NCBI GenBank assembly: GCA_029861785.1
Contig: JAOTYR010000001.1
Coordinates: 2,636-66,635 of the forward strand
Source of the DNA: Nitrosopumilus sp.
Lineage (GTDB): Archaea; Thermoproteota; Nitrososphaeria; Nitrososphaerales; Nitrosopumilaceae
Reading direction: 5' to 3'
DNA length: 64,000 nt
The first letter of the stretch is position 1. Every line of letters begins with the position of its first letter. A program made the translations under genes and the position numbers. Shown one piece after another: positions 56,832-64,000 of the stretch. The notes beneath the pieces were generated by a model that made no database searches, had not been told where the DNA came from, and worked only from the letters and a program-made list of their open reading frames with translations.

Positions 56832-57364
56832 AATTTATGGATTAGATCTTTACCGTCAGTAGACATTTCGGGATGAAACTGTGTTCCAAAGATAAATTTT
56901 CCATTATAATAGATGATTTCATTTTTACATTCTTTAGAACTAGCTATTGGAACTAGCATATCAGGTAATTTTGAAATTTCATATAAATGACTTTCAAAAA
57001 CTTTTATTTTTTTATTTGTTAGAACATTTTTTCGTTGGATGAAAACTTCTTTTGTTCCTTTTTGACTATCATTTAATCTTCTTATAGTGCCCCCTAATGT
57101 GAGAGCTAAAATTTCAGCACCATAACAAATACCAAATAATTTTTTATTATTTTTGACACTATGTAGTATTACTTTAGAGTTAATTTGATTAATTTTTTTT
57201 TCATTTCTACGACGGCCTGATAAAATAAAAGAATCATATTTTTCAAGCGAATTTAGTTTTAATTCTTTTGGAGATATATTTTCAAATCTAATTTTCTTCT
57301 CTTCAAGAAAATCTAATAGATTTTGTGTGTAAATAGAACCATTATCAATAATTAGTAGCAACAA
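56819..57364 (-). CDS. Class I glutamine amidotransferase (GuaA-subunit-A/PabA-like), stand-alone
   Basis: IIDNGSIYTQNLLDFL N-terminus, nucleophile elbow FGICYGAEILAL, and His/Glu in GTQFHPE. 181 aa. Overlaps the downstream TPR gene by 13 nt. Confidence 0.7.
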   Translation of the reverse strand: MLLLIIDNGSIYTQNLLDFLEEKKIRFENISPKELKLNSLEKYDSFILSGRRRNEKKINQINSKVILHSVKNNKKLFGICYGAEILALTLGGTIRRLNDSQKGTKEVFIQRKNVLTNKKIKVFESHLYEISKLPDMLVPIASSKECKNEIIYYNGKFIFGTQFHPEMSTDGKDLIHKFCLL

Positions 57365-57711
57365 ACAAAAGTAGAGTTATTGTTAATTTAGGTTTTCAGT
57401 AATAAAATGATAGTTTTAAGATTCGAAAATATAATTAACCTAAATTTTTTTGAGGTTATATTGTCAATATCTGTGATAAAATTTGGAAAAATAATTAGCA
57501 GAACTGAATTAATTTTCCAAATTTTTGATAAATATCTCTAAATCGTCAATCTTATTTTGATTGTTCATTTTTTTAAGAGACTATTTTCATTTTTAAAATA
57601 AAAATCCCTTTTTCTTTGGAAGCTTTTACTATTTTTTCTTTTAGTGCAAATTTTGTTCTTTTATCATTGCAATATATTTTTTCTAAACCCAAATAATATT
57701 TTCAATGGTTT

Positions 57712-60573
57712 CTATACACCCACTTCTATTGAAATGAAATGCATTTCCGGAATATTATCTATGACAATTATTGTACCAATATTAATTCGGTTTCCTTCTT
57801 CCCACATGAAAATTCTTTCACTTCTTGGTTTTACCAAATCATCTATGAATTCTGACAAGAATACTTCAGTCTCTTCACGATCTTTTTCAGTGAAGAAGAA
57901 AATTTCTCCTTCTCTAAATGAAAGTGGAACTTGGATAGAAGTTGGCTCTGATATCTCTATTCCTTCATTTTCAAATATTGATTTTATTATATCAATTCTA
58001 TCTTGTCTTTCCAATTCTACAAACGTTTCATCTGAAACAAATGATGGATCAGTCACTCCTGAAACTTTTTGCAGGTAGGCTTCAAAGGCCTCTTCTTGTG
58101 TATTACCTAAGCCGACATAATATTCTCCTGTAAATGCTGCTCCAACAGCTGCAATTGTACCAAGCTGAGCGACTACTCCTCCAGCTCCTGCGGTGTATAC
58201 TGGAATAAAGTATACATCATGCTCGCCCACTCTATACAAAATATTATCACCAATTCTAGGATTTCTCAGTAAAGTCTTTAATTGAGCAAATTCCGGATCT
58301 CTATCTAATGCTTCTCTGACTGCGGTAGGACCAATTAATTTTGTAGTTGAGTTTAATGGAACTTCATAGAATTGTAAATTTCCTAGATTTGCAAGATCAT
58401 TTTCAACAACCATATAACCTGCAAGGTTTCTTCCTTGAGATCCTCTTAATTCCAGTGAAAGTAAGCCTACAAACTCGGTGGTTTCAAATCCAGGGGGTTT
58501 TGCTTGAATATAATATGTGTCCAAGCCAGTTGGAATTTCATAAAATTCATTGGCTTGAATAAAAGTCTCGACATCAGTTACATGATAGATGTTATACATT
58601 TCTGTTTTCCAATTAAATAATTCCGATGGGTATCGGATTTGTTCCTCAAGCCATTCTGGGATGGGTACAAATTGTTCAGAGTATTGCTCAGAGAACATAT
58701 CCGTAAAGAAATCATCACCTGTTTTCAATAATTGGATTCCACCATCTTGGGTATCAACTAATGCATATCCTACTAATCGCAGATAGGGGTTTCCAACAGA
58801 CCATGGAACGTCACTTGTATCAAATCCGATGATTAATGGAACAAGCCAATACGAATTTTCTCCGTCAGTTACTGGAAGAGAATCTAGTTCTTTTCCAAAT
58901 AAATCATATAAGAAATAAGGATACAAAATTTCCATTCTATCATGTACATCTTTGTATCTCATAATATGTACAGATTCAGTAGGAAATGATAGTAAGAAAT
59001 TGGGTTCAAAAATCCAACTTAACGGAGGAGATACATCTAATCCTCCATCTCCTTCATAAAATACACCGCCCAATTCAGCACTTACATCTCCTCTAGAATT
59101 TGGATATGCTGACCAGGTTTGCTCGAAAAGGCCTCCTTCACCATAATAAATTTCTCTTTCACTGAAAAATTCGCTACTGTCTACTATTTGGCCTCCTGTG
59201 GCATCTAGTGTAAGAAATCCATTTGGGACATGAGTATATACTAAGTGTTCATTATACCACCTATTTTCATTAGCCACAGTTGATGGCAAAACTGGTTTCA
59301 TAGAGGCCGTCCAAAACAAATTGTTATCAAAACGAAGAATATCGTTATCCTCAAAGTCTACGTATGGTATTAAACCAATTTCAGGTTTTAATTTGGCAAA
59401 AGCTGCTTGCCAATCCCAAATTCTAATAACATCTAAAACATCGCTATTTTGTTCAACATAATTGTTAATATTGTTTGGAGAAATATTTTGCAATTTAACA
59501 TCATGATCATTTTCTTGAATACTATTTAGTTCTCCAAGATATCGGTTGACTCCAATTTGTTGAGCGGTATATGGTCCTAAATATTCTATTTTTCTAGAAT
59601 CTGCTATACTGTTATTTACCGAAATAACAGCTATAACTAGAATTACAATTACTAAAATGGTAAAAATTCTGATGTAAACATCTCTCTTAAACATATGAGT
59701 AAGAACTCTGGATCTTATTCTATCTGCAAATGAAAAGGCTAAAAATGCAAAGCCAACTACTAGAACACCACCGATTATGTATCTTGAATTGTAATCAAGT
59801 TGATCTGTAAAAAATAGATTAAAACCTACCCAAATAATTCCAATACCTAAAATACTTTCTATAATAGATACATAATTTAGATATCTAGGTTTTCCTTCAT
59901 TTGAATCCTGAATAAATGATGTGACAACATCTATTATTTTATGAATACCAACATAAATGACTAAACGTAGACCAATTGCTGCTAGTATTGATGGGATTAA
60001 GATTATCAGAGCTGGAATCATTGGAACAACTTGCTCAGTAGCATAATTGGGGTTTGTATCTGGAGTGACAAATGGTAAAGAGAATAATGTTGGCAAGTTT
60101 TCAATTCCTAAAGAATTTCCATCAATGAAAGATACTGCTGCGAATCCAAACATTGTATTTACAAAAAAGGCTCCAAAAAGCAAAATTTTGGTAATTTGCC
60201 ATATTATAAATTGGGGCGTACTTAGTTTGAAATCTTTAAAGCTAGAGATAGTATTTGATATCGACTGTTGTGGTCCCTGAGCAACAAAACCTATAGCAGT
60301 TTTTATTGAATACCAGAAGATCGAGGATCTAGATGCTATATTTACTCTTACAAGTGCTATGGTTGAAAGAATCATAGCTGATACAAGAGAATAGTAAAGA
60401 GGTTTGGTAAATTTTTCTCCAAATTCAGTGAAATTCATTGAAAGTATTACTCCCTGATTTCCTACAATGGCGACAATTGCAATTACAATAATTGCTAAAA
60501 TCCCTAACCGAATGTATTTCCCAGCATCAGGAGGTGGAGCTTGTTTATCAGTAGTGGCGCTATACAAAATCAA
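57712..60573 (-). CDS. Large integral membrane protein, UPF0182 (COG1615)-like
   Basis: 953 aa. About seven hydrophobic segments in the first ~330 aa, followed by a ~600-aa soluble region rich in aromatic residues. The architecture matches my recollection of UPF0182. No diagnostic motif verified. Confidence 0.45.
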   Translation of the reverse strand: MILYSATTDKQAPPPDAGKYIRLGILAIIVIAIVAIVGNQGVILSMNFTEFGEKFTKPLYYSLVSAMILSTIALVRVNIASRSSIFWYSIKTAIGFVAQGPQQSISNTISSFKDFKLSTPQFIIWQITKILLFGAFFVNTMFGFAAVSFIDGNSLGIENLPTLFSLPFVTPDTNPNYATEQVVPMIPALIILIPSILAAIGLRLVIYVGIHKIIDVVTSFIQDSNEGKPRYLNYVSIIESILGIGIIWVGFNLFFTDQLDYNSRYIIGGVLVVGFAFLAFSFADRIRSRVLTHMFKRDVYIRIFTILVIVILVIAVISVNNSIADSRKIEYLGPYTAQQIGVNRYLGELNSIQENDHDVKLQNISPNNINNYVEQNSDVLDVIRIWDWQAAFAKLKPEIGLIPYVDFEDNDILRFDNNLFWTASMKPVLPSTVANENRWYNEHLVYTHVPNGFLTLDATGGQIVDSSEFFSEREIYYGEGGLFEQTWSAYPNSRGDVSAELGGVFYEGDGGLDVSPPLSWIFEPNFLLSFPTESVHIMRYKDVHDRMEILYPYFLYDLFGKELDSLPVTDGENSYWLVPLIIGFDTSDVPWSVGNPYLRLVGYALVDTQDGGIQLLKTGDDFFTDMFSEQYSEQFVPIPEWLEEQIRYPSELFNWKTEMYNIYHVTDVETFIQANEFYEIPTGLDTYYIQAKPPGFETTEFVGLLSLELRGSQGRNLAGYMVVENDLANLGNLQFYEVPLNSTTKLIGPTAVREALDRDPEFAQLKTLLRNPRIGDNILYRVGEHDVYFIPVYTAGAGGVVAQLGTIAAVGAAFTGEYYVGLGNTQEEAFEAYLQKVSGVTDPSFVSDETFVELERQDRIDIIKSIFENEGIEISEPTSIQVPLSFREGEIFFFTEKDREETEVFLSEFIDDLVKPRSERIFMWEEGNRINIGTIIVIDNIPEMHFISIEVGV

Positions 60574-60695
60574 ACTTTGTTATGGTTTGGTAAATTAATG
60601 TCTTACCAGAATAAACTAATTCTTATCATTATTTTTCCAAAATAAGTGAGTAAAAAATCAAATTTTCTGCTTTAATTTTCTAAAATTTAAGAAAT

Positions 60696-61817
60696 CTAAG
60701 ATATTGTTGCTAAATTTTTACAGATCATGTACACAGCAGTGTAAGTTGGAACTGTGGTATTTTCATTGTCAAAAGGACCAAATTTCTTGTTTTTTATTTT
60801 AAATTCAATTGGACAATTTGCCATGATTTCTACAGTATTTTCATCTAAAAAAGAAGATTCCAAATACGGGTCAAATTTTTGAATATCCCTACACAAAATT
60901 TTTGTTAGCCCACTTTTGCTATTCAATGAACCAGGAAGTCTAAAGATTCTATGAATATCCATAGTAACATTAGGATCAATTTGTGCTCCAATTGTGGTGG
61001 AAATATCTATTAATTTTTTTTGAAAACTTGAATATCCCTCTGAAATTAATTCAGAGACAATTTTTGATCTTTTTGATTTTAACCCAAAAATTTCTTTAGA
61101 AAATCTTCCACGCCAACCTTTGTCTTCAATTTCAGGAAATAATGATCGGTTTGGTTTTAATTTTTTCATTCCGAAGGTTTCTGGTATAGTACCCTTAAAC
61201 ATCAGATAGTCTACTAATTCTGCTCTTTCTCTTGAACCAAGTTGTTGAAATTGAGATTCATAAACATAAACATGAAATCCTTCATTTCCGGAAAAATATA
61301 CTTGAATGTTTTTTTTCTCTACACCTAAATCTTCTATTAAAATATTTGATAGTTTAAAAACTTCTTTTTTGGATTCTTCAATACAGGTTTTGCATGGTAA
61401 AGATTTGATGTTAATTTTTGAAGAATTACATTTTGGACAATAATCACTTAATTTTGATACTTCATTACATTCATTACACTTTGTAACACAATGGTTACTT
61501 CTACATTCCAAGTGAAGGTCTTTAGCATCAATATCAAAAATAAGATCTGCTTCTTTCCAATCTTTTTCATTCATAGGTAGGTTTGGAAATGAGTAATAAG
61601 CATTGGAACAATAAATATCAGAAGGAATGTTCTGCATAAGTAGTAAGTGTAATTCTTTATTGTCTTTTAATGACATATGTCGAATCATGCCAGAATTAAA
61701 TTTTTGAAATCCAAATTCCCGTTCAGATGTACGTTTAGGTACATGAATAAGATCAAAGTGATCAAAATAATATTTTTTGAAGGATTCTTCTAAAAATTTT
61801 ATTTCTTTTGCTCTCAT
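60696..61817 (-). CDS. priS: DNA primase small (catalytic) subunit PriS
   Basis: Catalytic acidic motif LIFDIDAKD, zinc-binding insert (CVTKCNEC...CPKC) and the SGNEGFHVYV motif. Confidence 0.9.
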   Translation of the reverse strand: MRAKEIKFLEESFKKYYFDHFDLIHVPKRTSEREFGFQKFNSGMIRHMSLKDNKELHLLLMQNIPSDIYCSNAYYSFPNLPMNEKDWKEADLIFDIDAKDLHLECRSNHCVTKCNECNEVSKLSDYCPKCNSSKINIKSLPCKTCIEESKKEVFKLSNILIEDLGVEKKNIQVYFSGNEGFHVYVYESQFQQLGSRERAELVDYLMFKGTIPETFGMKKLKPNRSLFPEIEDKGWRGRFSKEIFGLKSKRSKIVSELISEGYSSFQKKLIDISTTIGAQIDPNVTMDIHRIFRLPGSLNSKSGLTKILCRDIQKFDPYLESSFLDENTVEIMANCPIEFKIKNKKFGPFDNENTTVPTYTAVYMICKNLATIS

Positions 61818-62842
61818 TACTTTCTCCTTTTTCCAAATTGAAGAGGGTTAAAGATATTATCACATTCAGGAATAGCAAAACATAGATTTTGAGTCTTTAA
61901 TTTTTCACAAGATGGGCAAGAGTATTGAGTACCACTTCCTGATGTTCCTGCAAGGTGATTTAACTGATATAATGTAACTCGTTCATTGTAATCAGGTGCA
62001 TTCTTGAATAATGGAGCTATTTGTTGAACTGATTGATTTCTGGCTAAAAGAAAGGTGGCTAACATGAATCGTCCAGAATGTGGAAGATTCTCGCCTCTTT
62101 CTAGAACTTCAATAGCGTGTTTAATACAAGGAGGATATTCGCCGGTAGTAATTGTGTGAGTTACAAATTTTTTAGATAATGAAATCAATTTATCAACTGG
62201 CTCTTCAAATCCTGAAATCATAGTGGGAGTTTTTGCATTAAAAATTTTTGTAGTAATATAGTTACCTAATTCTTTTCTTATTAATCTAACCGTTTCATGT
62301 GGAGTAAGAAAAACAAACCCCTTTTCTACGTGTCGATTGATTAACTTCCATTCTCTTTCATGGAAATTAATAGAATGTTGGAGGTAATTAGAAACTGGAA
62401 TTATAAAATGATTATTCTGTTCTTTAATTTGAATAGAAAATAAATCGTCAATAATTCTGATTGCTAATTCTTTTTTTGACCCATCAGAAATATTTGCAAG
62501 ATCTTTTTCAAGATATTTTTCTGCACGTCTAGCTTCTGCAAGAGCAAATCTTTTGATTAAGGTAGTCATTCCAGTTAATTTTAGCAAAACAATTGCTAAG
62601 AGAAAAGAAAAAACTTCTCTTTCAAGGACAAAGTCTTTTGAAGCTTCACCATCTATCAAGTCAGATTTGTATATTTTTCCCTCAGTAGAAACTTGAACTC
62701 TGTTGAAAGCTTTATCTATTGATAATTTTAGATCAGGATCAATTCCAAATTGTTGAAGAGTAAAACCCTTATCTTTTAGATATTGACCTGCATCTGCTAA
62801 GAATGGATATTTTGCAATTTCATCTTTTCCTAGAGTAATCAT
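61817..62842 (-). CDS. priL: DNA primase large subunit PriL
   Basis: C-terminal Fe-S domain cysteines (PPCIKHA...CPSCEKLK...C). Its stop overlaps the priS start by 1 nt (TAATG). Confidence 0.85.
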   Translation of the reverse strand: MITLGKDEIAKYPFLADAGQYLKDKGFTLQQFGIDPDLKLSIDKAFNRVQVSTEGKIYKSDLIDGEASKDFVLEREVFSFLLAIVLLKLTGMTTLIKRFALAEARRAEKYLEKDLANISDGSKKELAIRIIDDLFSIQIKEQNNHFIIPVSNYLQHSINFHEREWKLINRHVEKGFVFLTPHETVRLIRKELGNYITTKIFNAKTPTMISGFEEPVDKLISLSKKFVTHTITTGEYPPCIKHAIEVLERGENLPHSGRFMLATFLLARNQSVQQIAPLFKNAPDYNERVTLYQLNHLAGTSGSGTQYSCPSCEKLKTQNLCFAIPECDNIFNPLQFGKRRK

Positions 62843-62932
62843 GAATTATGATTAATAACATAGACTTAAAAATCTGATTTCTGTTTTAGGTTATTTGCTG
62901 ATTTAAATAATGTTTGATTGAGATCCTTCAAT

Positions 62933-63772
62933 ATGCAGATTGGATGTCATGTTTCAATTTCAGGTTCAATAGACAAGGCAATAGATAATGCAATTGAAAG
63001 AAAATGCTCAGCTTTTCAGATTTTTACCCGAAATCCACGAGGGTGGCATGCAAAGGAATTGGCAGATTTTGACATTAAAAATTTCAAAGAGAAGCTAAAG
63101 AATAGTCAAATTGATAGATTTGCCACCTGTGCTCATATGCCATATTTACCAAATCTTTCATCTCCTAAAGAAGAGGGATTTCAAAAATCAGTAAATTCAT
63201 TAATTGAGGAGGTTCAAAGATGTGGAAAGTTAGGTATACCGTACCTTGTGACTCATCTGGGTAGTCACTTAGGAACTGGCGAAGAAGTAGGGATAAAACG
63301 ACTAGTAAAAGGATTAACAAAAGCTGGTCAAGTAAAAAATGATGTAATGATTTTATTGGAAAATACAGCAGGACAGAAAAATTCAGTTGGATCAGATTTT
63401 GCTCAATTAGGTGAAATTTTTAGACAGTTAAAACCAGTGAAGAAATTTGGTGTATGTTTTGACACATGTCATGCATTTGTTTCAGGTTATGATTTAAGGA
63501 CCGAAAAAAGTGTAAAAGAAACTTTTCAGGAATTTGAAAAATATGTTGGAATGGAAAACCTAAAAGTTGTACATCTTAATGATGCTAAAGGAGAAATAGG
63601 TTGTAATCTTGATAGACATTATCATATTGGTTTAGGGAATATCGGAGAAAAAGGAATGGCTACAATAATTAAATTGATAACAAAGAAGAACATTCCAATA
63701 ATATTAGAAACTCCTATAGATGATATTAGAGATGACTTTGAAAATATTCGTATTGTAAAGGAGCTAACCTAA
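62933..63772 (+). CDS. nfo: Endonuclease IV (deoxyribonuclease IV, Nfo)
   Basis: IGCHVS N-terminus, LVTHLGSH, LLENTAGQ, FDTCHAF and VHLNDAK metal-ligand motifs. The ATG at 62933 is preferred over the TTG at 62918. Confidence 0.9.
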   Translation: MQIGCHVSISGSIDKAIDNAIERKCSAFQIFTRNPRGWHAKELADFDIKNFKEKLKNSQIDRFATCAHMPYLPNLSSPKEEGFQKSVNSLIEEVQRCGKLGIPYLVTHLGSHLGTGEEVGIKRLVKGLTKAGQVKNDVMILLENTAGQKNSVGSDFAQLGEIFRQLKPVKKFGVCFDTCHAFVSGYDLRTEKSVKETFQEFEKYVGMENLKVVHLNDAKGEIGCNLDRHYHIGLGNIGEKGMATIIKLITKKNIPIILETPIDDIRDDFENIRIVKELT

Positions 63773-63791
63773 AGAATTGGAGAGTGATTAA

Positions 63792-64000
63792 ATGAATTAT
63801 GAAGATGTAATGAAATTGGCACTTGAACGAGGATTTTATTTTCCAAGTTGTGAGGTTTATGGAGACGCGCAAGCTGGATTTTGGGAATATGGTCCATCTG
63901 GTGTAGGATTGAAAAATAAGTTTCTTGAATTATGGAGAAGAGAATTGGTAAGAAGAGACGGAATGCTTGAGATAGATGGATCACAAATAATGTCAAAGTC
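63792..64000 (+). CDS. glyS: Glycyl-tRNA synthetase (archaeal/eukaryotic type), 5' fragment running off the window
   Basis: ATG at 63792: MNYEDVMKLALERGFYFPSCEVYGDAQAGFWEYGPSGVGLKNKFLELWRRELV matches the class II GlyRS N-terminus. No stop before the window end. The antisense ORF 63769..63996 is spurious. Confidence 0.85.
   Translation, partial: MNYEDVMKLALERGFYFPSCEVYGDAQAGFWEYGPSGVGLKNKFLELWRRELVRRDGMLEIDGSQIMSK

Noticed and set aside
1-64000. CRISPR arrays, transposases, IS elements, large tandem or inverted repeats, toxin-antitoxin or recognisable defence-system genes.
   Set aside because: Reading the intergenic regions and ORF products, I found no regularly spaced repeats and no transposase, integrase or Cas-like products. 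The only PIN protein sits in the conserved aIF2gamma neighbourhood and is Fcf1-like rather than a VapC toxin with an antitoxin partner.

Overview
This is a densely packed, AT-rich archaeal chromosomal segment. About 70 protein genes, 3 tRNAs and an SRP RNA are supported. I saw no CRISPR array, transposase, integrase or large repeat. The archaeal core genes are TFE, aIF2 alpha and gamma, Nop10, S6e, uL2, Pelota, PriS/PriL, GatD/GatE, AglB, Cdc48 and an Sm protein. Alongside them are bacterial-type GrpE-DnaK-DnaJ and MetK, a cbi-type cobalamin cluster and a Tes-like radical SAM enzyme. I would expect this combination from a Nitrosopumilus-like ammonia-oxidising thaumarchaeon, but that taxonomic call is inference from memory, not a search. 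Main blocks: (i) a minus-strand riboflavin operon ribE-ribB-ribH-arfA-amidohydrolase-arfC at 5.6-9.9 kb; (ii) a two-gene operon at 10.1-13.4 kb with a transthyretin-like protein and a GMC flavoprotein carrying a long C-terminal extension; (iii) AglB plus the Tes-like radical SAM enzyme, facing a TrmB/DtxR regulator pair; (iv) Cdc48-GatD-GatE; (v) the grpE-dnaK-dnaJ operon preceded by an unknown Rossmann-like gene; (vi) a DNA-metabolism neighbourhood with a 4-OB RPA-like protein, Lhr and a RadB-like ATPase; (vii) cbiD-cbiG-cbiX-cbiC / cbiA / cobO; (viii) aIF2alpha-Nop10 and S6e-aIF2gamma-PIN; (ix) priL-priS, nfo and the start of glyS. The most interesting items are listed here. An intact amidohydrolase is translationally coupled inside the archaeal riboflavin operon and is a candidate for an unassigned pathway step. 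The GMC oxidoreductase has a roughly 330-aa tandem lipocalin-like (GXWXG/DUF4334-like) tail and an overlapping partner ORF. CbiX is a fused two-domain protein in which only the C-terminal half keeps the histidine motifs. A HAD nucleotidase is split by a frameshift at a T6A6 run. A decayed three-fragment ORF sits in the 13.4-13.8 kb gap. Several zinc-ribbon or Cys-rich micro-ORFs, and Nop10, fall below the ORF-track length cutoff. All family assignments rest on motifs read by eye and recalled family signatures. No alignment or database search was run.
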